Assembly: GCA_964016885.1 (NCBI GenBank)
Contig: OZ024742.1
Coordinates: 367,474,001 to 367,538,000, forward strand
Source of the DNA: Eledone cirrhosa
Lineage: Eukaryota
DNA: 64,000 bases
Reading direction: 5' to 3'
Positions within the stretch are counted from its first letter, which is position 1; each line of letters opens with the position of its first letter. The notes under the pieces are model-generated. The model made no database searches. It was not told the DNA's origin and saw only the letters and a list, made by a program, of their open reading frames with translations. A program made the translations under genes and the position numbers. This document shows, in pieces, positions 13,919 through 27,364 of the stretch.

Positions 13919-16114
13919 ACTAAAACATGTATTGTATTGACTGAATTCTCTACTCTATCCCTCAGGACTTTTTTTGTGACACACACTGGATTCGAAGACC
14001 CGAACCATACACTAGGTACCACCTGTTACCATTCCATCTCTTTATTTATATGTACAACCTGTATTATCTTACTACAACTTGATCTATATTTTATTTCCCC
14101 TTTGCTCTGATTCCTCCGATATGTTCTTATATACTTCCGTCTTTCTACATCACTACCCTAGCTATGAAGATGTTTTATTTATGTATTTTACTTTGTACTT
14201 TTATTAGTTTATTAATGTATTTGTATCAATGTATTCTTTATCTTTGTATTTTATCATTGTATCCTGCTTTTATTTATTTGTAACTTTCCTTACTCAGGTC
14301 ATTATGCACCTTTCATAGCCCACTACCCACCAAAGAACCACACTACTTATAACCCAGACTAACTGCGACTTTAAAATAATTATAGTCTATTTGCACTCTT
14401 TATTGGGTTTTGTTACCTTCGATTGATGTGGTGGCTTTTCCCGGCTGCGCGATGGAGGCTCGGAAAGTTCAGCCTTCCTTGAGTGCTTGGAAAAATAAAT
14501 TTCCCCTCTTTCGGTAAACGAAATTACTCGGAGCGGGTGCCTTGCCCCAGTCCCACCGCGCTGCTTGTTTTGACCGCCATATTATACTTATACCTATAAA
14601 CTCTAGGCTTAGGCATAACTGTTAGCTGTATCATGCCTATACGGGCACGTAAATAAACGCCTCATATGTGAATTTATAGTATTTGTTTGGTATTGACGAT
14701 GGCCTGTCGAAATTGTAGACTTCCCGCTAGCACACCCGGGGCCTAGGGTAGCTAAGTGCCTAGAGTACTCGGAAAAATTAATTTCCATTTCTTTCTCTGG
14801 ACGATACCACTCGAAACTGGCTGACACGTGGTTAGGAGGTGCTGGCTGGGATTCACAATCGAAGGCTTAATTTTTACTCTATATCCCACTCTGATATCTT
14901 ATCGAGATTAACTTTTTCATATAAGTCTCTCTCTGTAAGTTCATTAAATAATTTTTATTTTTATTTTCCAATTTTCAATTTATTATTTTTTAATTTAATT
15001 TCATCCTATAACTCGTAACATAAGTTTAACGTTCCAATTTTCTGTTCACACATTAGACCATACAGACACCCATTATATATAAGGGTGCTGGATTGGTAGT
15101 ATCGGTCGAGGGTCGCACGCCATGCTTTCCATCATAGTTACGTCCCTTTACGATCTGAGTTCAAATCCCGCCGAGGTTGACTTTGCCTTTCATCCTTACG
15201 GGGTCGATAAAATAAAGTACCAGTAATGCACTGGGTAATTGCTGGCCTTGTGCCTAAAGTAGAAACAATTATATATATATGCCTTTGTTAAAATATAGAT
15301 TCTTTAGAATAACATTTTTCGCGGCGTTTTCTAACTTGACTGTAGTGTGATCCTTACGCTGACTTCTTTCTTTTTTTTTCTTTCTTTCTTTCTTTCTTTC
15401 TTCCCCTTTTTTATTATTTGACGGAGAGGTGGTAGTACATTATAAGCCTTCGCCCCCTCACCAGATGGTCATTAGCAGATCGAGTAGCCACCACTTTGAG
15501 GGCGACTGGCCGAGGTGATGGCAACTAGTTGGTCAGTCGTCTTCTCTGTCTGTGATTTTTCGGACCCATGGTTTTTACATATTCCTTTGTTATATTTCGA
15601 ATACCTGATGATATCACCGGATTATAATAAGAATTTTTTTAAATTTAGTTAACCTATAATTAATATTCTACTACTAATGAACTACATAATTTTATTTTCC
15701 TTTTTACAACTATCTTTTCCTAAAATTGATACCATTAAGTATACATATATACTGTTTTAATTTCAGGTTATAATTCTATGTTTCTAGTAATCTCTATATA
15801 TTTGTTATTTCTCACTAATAAATTTAACCCCTCCCCCCCAATAATTATATATATATATTTTTTTTATTTCCCCTCGTCTTTAACAGCACTCTTCAATTAC
15901 ATCTAACTCTTATTTATCATATCTATATGCATTAATATAATTTTATCAATATAAATATACCTATCAATTTAATTAATTTATTTTATTTTCATAGATGTAA
16001 ATTCCATATATATTTTTTTCACTAACACATTTATCGTAAAATTTTAGTCTCCTTAGATATTTACATTGGCATTATTCTTTTATAACAGCAATTTTTCGTG
16101 TACCTTTTACGGCC

Positions 16115-16580
16115 TGACCTATTTTCACCCCTAAAATAACCTTTTCATTCTTCATACTCCTTCCATTCAAAACTGAAATCTGCCTTCTTCTACCCCTAAA
16201 TTAAACTTCCATTACTACTATTTTACCATTTAGCCAGTTATTACCTTTCTATTGGTCAATTCAAAACCTGTTCCCAAACAGACCTATTATATTAAATCTT
16301 TGTTGGTTTTATTCAATGAACAAATATAATTATTTCTGAAGACAGCATATGACCTATTTTCATCCCTAAAATAATCTTTCATTCATAATATTCTTTCCAT
16401 CCAAAACTGAAATCTACCTTCTTCTACCCATAAATTAAGGTTCTTTTACTACTATTTTACCATCTTGACCTTCACTATCTTTCTATTGGTCAATTCAAAA
16501 CCTGTTCCCAAACAGACCTATTGTATTAAATCTTTGTTGGTTTTTTTCAATAAACAAATACCATTATTTCTGAAGACAGC
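16115..16580 (+). repeat. ~230-bp tandem duplication upstream of a hammerhead
   Basis: TGACCTATTTTCA...TTTCTGAAGACAGCATAT occurs twice. Confidence 0.8.
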
Positions 16581-16697
16581 ATATATATGTGTAGGTATGT
16601 ATATTCCCTCTGATAGTTTGTAAAAATTTTACATAGATCTATAGGATATGCATACCAGCACTAACATATATATCCTAGAAACGATCGTAAAATGATG
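16562..16697 (+). ncRNA. Type-I hammerhead with ~100-nt stem II (second copy at 51787-51921)
   Basis: CAUUAUUU CUGAAGA [AUAUAUAUGU...ACAUAUAUAU] GAAA CGAUCG UA AAAUGAUG. Confidence 0.75.
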
Positions 16698-17035
16698 AAT
16701 TTTTTAATATAAGGGACTGTTTCTTTGTTTATTCATTATTTTTATTTATCTTGACTCTGTTTTCCGTTATTTTTCATTGGAAAAAATTTTTTGGAATACA
16801 TCTGTTTCATGATATTCGGATTACATTGAGTTCTTCATACGGATTGGACACTACCGTACATTTCGGTAGATTTATCTACATATATATATATATATGAAAA
16901 GTGTAATTTTCTACACAAAACGAAGGTTATAGAGAAAATTGAGGTTGGTAATGGCACATGGAATATATAAGAGACAGAATACTTTTTTGTGAAAAAACAT
17001 AATTTTATAAGGTAAGGAAATAATAAAGGGTATAA

Positions 17036-17083
17036 AAAATGACCGGTTTCGATGGGTCTGCAAAAGCCATCTTTTCAAATGTT
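17036..17083 (-). ncRNA. Minimal hammerhead-like motif, U3-A8 core (inverted copy at 20468-20515 +)
   Basis: UUGAAAA GAUGG(loop)CCAUC GAAA CCGG UC; stem I is weak. Confidence 0.55.
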
Positions 17084-17559
17084 GATTAATATTAAGAAAA
17101 ATTAATAATACGAAGAGTTAAAATTTGAGATTTGAAAATTCAAGTATAAAATTCATTGTGGGATTTCATAGCAGTTTTCATCAAGGTAGCAACAACAGGT
17201 TGACTGCTGTGTCCCATTCTGGTAGTGAATGAGAAGTTATTTGGGGTGTGGGTTATTTTATAAAGGTCAGATTTAGCAATCACCAACTGGCCAGCTGCTG
17301 GTCAGTGAGGGGGTGGAAGCAATATACATACACATATCTTCCTGTGGTGGGTAGGAGAGTGGAGCGTGATAGAAAGGGATTTAGTGCACTTACACCTATA
17401 TATTCACACATACCTACATCCACACATACATACATATACATATACATATACATATATATATATATATATATACATATACACACATACATACACACACACA
17501 TACATATACATACACACATACACACACACACATATATACACATACACACACATATATAT

Positions 17560-17820
17560 ATCATCATCATCACCGTTTTACGTCCGTTCTTCCACGCTAG
17601 CATGGGTTAGACGGGTTGTCCTGTTGTGGGCAGTGTCTGGTCGGCTGACCATGCCTTGCTCATACAGGAACTGATCTGGCTTGATTTCTACAGCTGGATG
17701 CCCTTCCTAACACCAACCTCATTTACAGTGAGTGCTGGGTGCTTTTTCGTGGCGCCTACACGTCCACTTTACAGTGTGGGCTGGGTGCTTTTTTGCCGTG
17801 GCACCTCCACGGCCACCTTG
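17560..17820 (-). mobile_element. RTE-related LINE/SINE 3' tail ending in (GAT)n
   Basis: CATCATCATCACCGTTTTACGTCCG..GCATGGGTTAGACGG..GGATGCCCTTCCTAAC, typical RTE-type tail. Confidence 0.55.
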
Positions 17821-17913
17821 TATATATATATACACACACACACACACACATATATATACATACACATACATCCAGATACACACATACATACACACACACA
17901 CATATATATATAT

Positions 17914-17955
<42 letters not shown>

Positions 17956-18290
17956 CCCCACACCCCCACACATACATACACACACACACACATATATATA
18001 TATATACATACACACATACAAACATACACACACATACACATATATATACACACATACACACACACATATATATACACACACACACACACACGCATATATA
18101 TATATATATACACATACGCATACATCCAGATACACACATACATACACACACACACACGCACACACAATACATACATCCACATGCACACACATACACACAC
18201 ACACACATATACACATACATACACCCACACACAGAGAAATGGCCTCCAAATATATATATATATATACATACAGACACATATATTTTTTCC
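17820..18290. repeat. (CA/TA)n compound microsatellite
   Basis: Direct reading. Confidence 0.95.
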
Positions 18291-20615
18291 ATAATATAAG
18301 AAGTTGGGACAGTGAAATTAAAATACAAGTCATTCTGATCACATTGAGTTCTTCATGTAGATTGGGCCCCGCAACCGACAGTGGTGAATTCTGTGTGCGC
18401 ATATATATATAGATATATGTGTGTGCACGTGCAGGGTTTAACATGGATGTGTTGGTCACACAAAGGCATGGTCTGTCAACGAATAAACCTGATTCTACAG
18501 AATTGGTCTCTGGTCTTTAATAGTAGTGATTCCGTGCGTATGTGTGTTTATATTTTATGACAATTCTATTGGGGTGATAACCCGTTTAGTTTTGGTTTAA
18601 ATTTGTTAAGGAATAGATTTTCTTTGTTTATTCTTTGTTGCTGTGTGAACGAATCTGAGCACTTGTAGAAGGGGAAGATTTTAAAGTTGGGTAGTGTCAT
18701 TCCTGCGCAGTTCGCAATATGGCTGCTCAAGGGGATTTTTCTTGTGTTAGCGTCCCGGATTTGTTGGCGGTGGATGGTCATTATTTTGCGTAATGAGGGG
18801 CCCGTCTGTCCTATGTAGTTGTGTTTGCACCCACCGCAAGTTATTGCGTAAATCAAGTTCTCCGAGTTGCAGGTGAAATTGTTTTTTACTATAAATGTTT
18901 GGCCATCTTTGAATGTAAATGTTTGTCCTTCAGTGAGGTAGAGGCACGTTCCACAGTTTGTTCTACCACATTTGGTAACTGTAGGGTTGAGGATTGGTTG
19001 GGGGTATATTTGGTCCAGTGAGAATGCGTTTAAGTGATTTGGGTTGTCTTTTACTTTTAAGGATCTTGTGTGTTTCAAGAATAGACTTCATTTTTACATC
19101 TTTAAGTAGGATGGGGAGGTTTTTGTGTAGGTGATCAAACATTTCGGTATTTCTGGGGTTGAAAGTGGATACATATGGCAGGGTGTTGAGTGTGGTTTTC
19201 TGTTTTGGATTGTTAAGTTGATGGGGATTTAGGTGTTTTGCCCTGTCTATTCCATTGTTGATTATTTCAAGTGGAAAGGCTCTTAAGATAAGGGTGTCTT
19301 TTAGTTCCTTTAGTCTTTGCTCCCGTTTAGGTGGATCTGATACTATGGTACATATACGTTTGGCCAAATTGTAAGGAATGTTAAGTTTTGTATGTTTTGG
19401 GTGACTTGATGTGAAAAAGAGGTATTGCTTGGAATCTGTGGGTTAATAGAATATATCTGTATCTAATTTCCCGTCTATTACAGAGATGAGAATATCCAAG
19501 AAGGCTAATTCCTTAGGATTGGATTCCATTGTGAATTGTATGTTATTATCTATGTTGTTTATCATGTTTTTAAACGTAGTAAGTGAGTTCATGTCTTCTT
19601 GCCATAGGATAAAGCAGTCGTCTAGATATCTTTTCCAATTGGCTTTGAGGTGTGTGTGGAAAGAGTCTCCAAATAAGAGAAGGGATTGACTGTATATTTG
19701 TTGTTCATGGAATCCCATGACTAGGTTGGCATATGTGGGTGCTACTTTCGTGACCATTGCCGTACCTGATACTTGTCTGTATGTTGAACCATTGAATGTG
19801 AAGTAGTTATTTTGTAGGATAAAGCGGAGTCCGTCAGTGATAAAATCTGTGTTGATGCGTGTCGGTATTTCTGATGGGTGTGTGTTAAGCCAGTATTGGA
19901 CTGCTGTTATTCCATAGTTGTGAGGTATGTTTGTGTAGAGGTTTATTACGTCAAAGGAGACAAGAATTGTATTTGCACTTACTGTTTTAGGGAGGTGTTT
20001 CAGCATGTCAAGGTCATCTCGTATGTAGCTCTGTATATGTTGTAGAAAGGGTTTCAGTAGGATGTCCAGAAAGTTGCTAAGTCTGTGGGTTTCACATGTA
20101 GGGCCTGCTATAATTGGCCTGAGTTTTAGGTCTTCTGGTGGTGTTAGTTCAATGTAATTGTTGGTTGAGGTGTCACATGCATCGTTTATGGGTTTACATT
20201 TGTGGAGTTTCGGTAAGCCGTAAAAAGAGCTTGTATTGCATTTGAAGTGGCTTATATAGTTAAACTCTTTTGTGCTAAATCTGACCTTTATAAAATAACC
20301 CACACCCCAAATAACTTCTCATTCACTACCAGAAAGGGACACAGCAGTCAACCTGTTGTTGCTACCTAGATGAAAACTGCTATGAAATCCCACAATGAAT
20401 TTTATACTTGAATTTTCAAATCTCAAATGTTAACTCTTCGTATTATTAATTTTTCTTAATATTAATCAACATTTGAAAAGATGGCTTTTGCAGACCCATC
20501 GAAACCGGTCATTTTTTATACCCTTTATTATTTCCTTACCTTATAAAATTATGTTTTTTCACAAAAAAGTATTCTGTCTCTTATATATTCCATGTGCCAT
20601 TACCAACCTCAATTT

Positions 20616-20651
<36 letters not shown>

Positions 20652-20699
20652 AGTTTCCCATCTATATTTGTTTTTAAGTAGAGAGAGATATCTATATCT

Positions 20700-22040
<1,341 letters not shown>

Positions 22041-22447
22041 GGAAGAATTATGGAAATATGTAATAATAAATTGACAAACAGAAATAGTATATTGACTTCT
22101 TTCGGAAATATTCTTTAAGGAAGAAATAAAGAATCAGTTTTATTCGTGATTCCTGAGACATGATCTGTTCTGAAGGCTCTGTAGTGTTCTTCTTATCTCC
22201 CTCTTGCCTCGGACCGACTAAACAATGTTTCCTTTGGTCTTTCCAGTTGCTAATACTATCTATCGGTCGCAACTCCAGGTAGAAGGTGAAACGTGAAGAC
22301 ACTTTATTTAACGTTGCTCCTTCTACCTGGAGTTGCGACTCATAGATAGTATTAGCAATTGGAAAGACCAATGTGGAGGAAATAGAAGGAAAGGGGACTT
22401 AACTCCTGATTTATAGGTGTGTCGTCTGTATATTTAGTGTGTCAAGG

Positions 22448-22600
22448 GTGGTGGATTTACTGTAATCAGTAGAGTGTCGAACAAGATGATTTGCGGAATA
22501 TTGCTACGTCCCTTAACGTTATGAGTTCAAATCCTACCAAGGTTAGCTTTGCCTTTAATTTCTACAGGGTCGCTAAAATAAAGTAACAGACACGCACTGT
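22448..22600 (+). mobile_element. Diverged SINE family A copy, interrupted by a hammerhead-bearing insert
   Basis: GAGTTCAAATCC, CTTTGCCTTT..GGGTCGCTAAAATAAAGTA. Confidence 0.7.
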
Positions 22601-22601
22601 G

Positions 22602-22732
22602 TGTTTCTGAGGAAGACGCTGTGATAGATCAGGGATTTCGAGACTAGAAATAGGTAGGGATATAACCACTAACTACTAGTTAATTTATCGATCTACCATG
22701 ATCAATCAACCCTCTGAAACGCTCGTAAAACA
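22602..22732 (+). ncRNA. Type-I hammerhead with ~100-nt stem II
   Basis: UGUUU CUGAGGA AGA...UCU GAAA CGCUCG UA AAACA. Confidence 0.7.
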
Positions 22733-23027
22733 ACGGACAATCAATTAACTACAACTTTTGTTTTATTTACAGCACAGAGCAAGAGAGAGGGTCGTAGGGG
22801 CATCGTATTGACATACAGTGTTTCTTGGGGATTTTACGTCTAGTGGAGCCCAGCCCTCTCAAGGTCTGAGTATAACAGAATCGACCCCAGTACAAGACTG
22901 GTATTTTTTATCGACCTGGAAAGGATGAAAAGCAAGTTGACCTCAGCGGGATTTGAACGCAGAGAACTGAAATGAATACTCTACATCCTTCTATCCAACG
23001 TTCTAACGCTGCCTAGATATATATATA

Positions 23028-23576
23028 TCTATATTACTAAAACAGAGAATGTCTGTCTGTCTGTCTGTCCAATCACTAAAACTCGAGAACCACCCAGCTG
23101 AGATTTTCAAACTTTACACATGTAACACGTATGGTCCCGTGAGTGTTTTGGGCAAAAGAAAATTCAAATTTTCAATGCCATAGAGACCGCATTAGGCGAT
23201 TTAGAAATCTCTCTCTATAATTCTTAGTCTTTCTCTTTTTAGATAGATACATAGATATAACGTCGTGCCCTTATAATATCTGTCTGTATGCCTGACTGTC
23301 TACATTACGTCATTATGATGCGATCAGTGTGTGTATATATGTATATATAGTGTGTGTATATATATATTCTTATGTCAGGGAACCTCTTCACGAAAGAAGG
23401 GTGGGTCCCATCGCGTACCGTTGTAGTTGTTGTATACAGATATTAACTCATCAATCTCATTGTCCTAGCTGCAACGTTTTTCGAAATATCTACTTCTGAG
23501 TTCACAGATTGATTTTTTAGTTTCAGAAAATCCCGCTAAGGGTGAAAGCAAAGATTTTTGCTTAAACTTTAATCTG

Positions 23577-23637
<61 letters not shown>

Positions 23638-23765
23638 TATATTCGTGTACAGATATTTTTGCATACACAATAACAAAATATAAACAAACGTATTTATTTC
23701 ACGAGGTTCGATAAGGATAAATATATATCAAATATATAAGAATCCTAGAGCAAATCCCAAGCAAC
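23028..23765 (+). mobile_element. Non-autonomous Helitron (3' end truncated) carrying a Penelope pLTR/hammerhead fragment
   Basis: 5' TCTATATTACTAAAAC..(GTCT)n; collinear with the reverse complement of 54544-55447; ends AATCCCAAGCAAC, half of the terminal hairpin. Confidence 0.65.
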
Positions 23766-24329
23766 TATAATAAAGTAAGGAGTGCGGGACTGCATCCAGA
23801 ATATAATTTTTTTATCCCGTTTGTAAAATAAGTTGGATTACTTTGAATAAATAATTGTTTCTACTTTTTTGGCACAAGGCCAGCAATTACCAGTGTATTA
23901 CTGGTACTTTATTTTATCGACCCCATAAGGATGAATAAATAATGAATGAATATTACATAATTTATCTACTAAATTTCGTAGCTGTTGATTAAATATATTT
24001 TATTATTTATTTAAAGATTCACTTCTTTAAAATTTTCAAATGTCAAGACTTCCGGTTAGCGATCGCTTAAATAAACATACATATATTTCCGTCACTGATT
24101 TTCTCCTGATGCAGTTTATATATAATATCGTCTTTTTTAATGTATCATTGATTACGTTGCTGGTTACATAAGACAGTGTAACAGTCTCCGTTCAATTTCT
24201 GTGTATATTGTCAATTACGATTTTATTTGATGTATTATATCTACATGTATATATACTTGCGTTTAATATCAATATACACACTACACCTATAGCAGAAAAA
24301 CACCCGAAGAGTGGTTTTTCTGCTAGTAA

Positions 24330-24518
24330 AAATAATTGTTTCTACTTTTGGCAAGAGGACAGCAATTACCCAGTACATTACTGGTACTTTATTTTATCGA
24401 CCCCGTAAGGATGAAAGGCAAAGTTAACCTCGGTGGGATTTGACCTCAGATCGTAAATGGACGTAACTCTTTGCGTCAAAGCATGGCGTCCGACCCTCTA
24501 CTGATACTGCCAATCCAA
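24330..24518 (-). mobile_element. tRNA-derived SINE family A
   Basis: Reverse complement of the family sequence. Confidence 0.85.
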
Positions 24519-24782
24519 ATAAAAAATTCAAATTTCTATGCCTGGGCATGTATAAGTATTTAACTTGAGTAGTAAACTACATAAACCACAAAATCCAATA
24601 TGTCGTTGAAAGGAGATGTACTCCTAAGATGAAGGAAACTATTTTCTTTTATACTTAGAGAATTTTAAGCAGTTCGTTAAAATAAAGGACATGAAATATT
24701 GGCACTGGTTCGAATCTCTGAGTTTATTATTGGTTCATAACCCATCTTTGATTGGGTCACTATTTTGTAGAGAACAAACGTG

Positions 24783-24965
24783 GCGGTGAATAGGCAGTAT
24801 CGGTAGAGGGTTGGACGGCATGCTTTCCATAGTTACGTCCCTTTACGGTCTGAGTTCAAATCCCGTCGAAGTTAACTTTGCCTTTCATCCTTACGGGGTC
24901 GATAAAATAAAGTACCAGTAATGTACTGGTGAATTGCTGGCCTTGTGCCAAAAGTAGAAACAATT
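24783..24965 (+). mobile_element. tRNA-derived SINE family A
   Basis: Full A/B box, core and tail. Confidence 0.85.
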
Positions 24966-25177
24966 AAATACACCACAAGATGGAATGGTGTGAATTCGTA
25001 TTACTTGAATATCAAATATGTTGTTTTCCCTTTCTATACATAAAATACATTATGAACACTAGCAGAAAAACCGCCTCGGGCGGTTTTCTGCTAGTGTATG
25101 TAGTGTGCATATTGATATTATACGCAATTATATATGCATATAGATATATGTAAATTTAAAAGTAAATTGACAATATC

Positions 25178-25835
25178 TTCTTCACCCACTTATTTCTGAG
25201 AGGGTCGTAGGGGCAGAGTCCTTCTCAAACACTCCTTCCAGTGAATCTGTCAGTAGCAAACATCTCTAACTGATCCAGCTGGATCCCAAAGCGTGACCAG
25301 CCAAGCTCATGGATGTTATCCAACTATCTTGCTCAGGGTCTTCCTCTGGCTCTCTTGTCGGTTGGTTTTTGCCTGTAAAATATGTCCAGCGATTCTTTAC
25401 TGAGACATTCTAACCACGTGCTCATAATATCGGAGTAGTGATCTCTCAACTCGGAGAAGTAGCGGCTCTACCAGGAGTGACTCTCTGGTCTCTGAGTTAT
25501 GCACTTTATCGAGTAAGGTTACTCCAAAGACCCTTCGGAGGAATCCCATTTCTGCCACATTTATTTGTAATTGTATTCTTTTGGACATTACTCAAGATTC
25601 ATGATCCTCGGTAAGAATTGGCAGGAATACCAGGAAGACAGCGAGTTTGGCTTTTACACCAACCCCCTCCCCCTTCATCTGATTGCTGAGGCTGGTGCTT
25701 TACTGCATCAGCTTTTGCAATTCTTCCACTTAATTCCCCCTCCTGCATTCCATCACTCATGAACACGGCTCCAAGATACTTGAACTTCTCTAACTGCTTC
25801 AGTAGAACTCCATTCACATGTATATAAATTTGAGG
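25178..25835 (-). mobile_element. RTE-clade LINE 3' fragment
   Basis: LEKFKYLG, EMGFLRRVFGVTLLDKVHN..LRYYEHVVRM, then 3' UTR. Confidence 0.75.
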
Positions 25836-26019
25836 GACTTCTGTCCACCCGTCCATCACACAATGTGTATGTGTATTCGTATGAATGTATGTGTGTGTAA
25901 AGGGAAGGAAAGGGATACACACACATATATGTCTCTAACTTAAAAACAGTGACACACACACGTGTCTCTAATTTAACAATGCCGACAAATACACGCACAC
26001 ATACACACACTGTCCTATT

Positions 26020-26700
26020 ACCACTCAAGAGCTTTGGCCCGGGAAAACATCCTCTCAATTCTGGAAGCATCTGGGTTGTCCTGAATTGATGGGAAAAGAC
26101 TTGACGGTCTTACTCTGTGTTCCTGGTCAAGAGGCAGGTGCCTTACCTGGGACGTCACAGTTAGTGACTCTTTTGCGTCTTCCCACATCCTGGATGCTGC
26201 GGTAAGCGTGAGAGCTACAGCATCCGCAGCTGAACGGAACAAAATCCTAAAATACCGTCTTCTGTCAGTTAACTACATTATCCAGCCTGTGGCGATCGAG
26301 ACGTTTGGAGGAGTCGGGCTACTGACAGCGAGGTTCTTAACATCACTGGCGGCTCACCAAACAGAGGTAACTGGTGATGTTCGGGAGGGAACTTGATTGT
26401 TACAGTACCTCAGCCTCGCCATCACCCCAGGTAACGCTGCAAGCGTGTTGGCTTGCCTCAAACATTACTAGAGAGGTTTCCCAGTCCTCTTCGCTATATT
26501 GCTATCTTTTGCTCTGGTAGCGGCTCGTTTTTCCACCCCTTTCATCTGCATTTTGTTCTATGGGGTCTAAGATGTGTGTATTACTTGCTTGTGTATTTTT
26601 TCTCTTTCTTTTTTCCCCTTCCCTTTGCTTTGTATATGTTATATTTGTTAGTGTTTTCCTTCTGTAACCATTATATTAAATGAGTTTATAAAAAAAGAGT
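26020..26700 (+). mobile_element. CRE-like RLE non-LTR retrotransposon 3' fragment (pseudogenised)
   Basis: Frame reads DGKRLDGLTL..W..G..LTWDVTVSD..AAERNKILKY..PVAIETFG..LSLAI..GNA; A-rich tail. Confidence 0.75.
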
Positions 26701-26769
26701 TAATAAATAAATAAAGCGTTATGCTTGTTTTACCCTCCCATCTCCAATTAAACCGAACGCTATCATGAC

Positions 26770-27360
26770 TGTATGTGTGTGTTTGGGTAAATGTATATGT
26801 ATGAAAGTATGTATGTTTGTGTATATGTATGTGAATGTATGTATGTTTGTGTAAATGTATGTGTGAATGTATGTATGTTTGTGTGAAAGTATGTGGGAAT
26901 GTATGTATGTTTGTGTGAAAGTATGTGTGAATGTTTGTATGTTTGTGTAAATGTATATGTGTGAATGTATGTATGTTTGTGTAAATGTATGTTTGAATGT
27001 ATGTATGTTTGTGTGAAAGTATGTGGGAATGTATGTATGTTTGTGTAAAAGTATGTGGGAATGTGTGTATGTTTGTGTAAAAGTATGTGGGAATGTGTGT
27101 ATGTTTGTGTAAATGTATATGTGTGAATGTATGTATGTTTGTGTAAATGTATGTGTGAATGTATGTATGTTTGTATGAAAGTATGTGTGAATGTATGTAT
27201 GTTTGTGTGAAAGTATGTGTGAATGTTTGTATGTTTGTGTAAATGTATATGTGTGAATGTATGTATGTTTGTGTAAATGTATGTTTGAATGTATGTATGT
27301 TTGTGTGAAAGTATGTGGGAATGTATGTATGTTTGTGTAAATGTATATGTGCGAAAGTAT
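26770..27360. repeat. ~32-bp TG-rich minisatellite (GTATGTGTGAATGTATGTATGTTTGTGTGAAA), resuming at 28305-28440
   Basis: Direct reading. Confidence 0.9.
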
Positions 27361-27364
27361 ATTC

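Larger units (their letters stand above)
12213..15622 (+). repeat. ~1.1-kb direct repeats (12213-13300 and 14515-15622) around a 1.2-kb spacer; each repeat contains a SINE and ends at a hammerhead
   Basis: Near-identical sequence from AAACGAAATTACTCGGAGCG to ACCTGATGATATCACCGGATT. Confidence 0.85.
16900..20620 (-). mobile_element. Penelope-like element (Neptune-like), 5'-truncated with inverted pLTR; 3' region interrupted by microsatellites and an RTE-type tail
   Basis: RT (FYGLPKLHK, LRPIIAG, SFDVINLYTNIP, GTAM..VAPTYANL, RYLDD) at 19443-20275; Zn finger KCGRTNCGTC and GIY-YIG (LIYAITC..YIGQT) at 18566-19078; 16930-17280 is inverted at 20274-20620. Confidence 0.9.
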
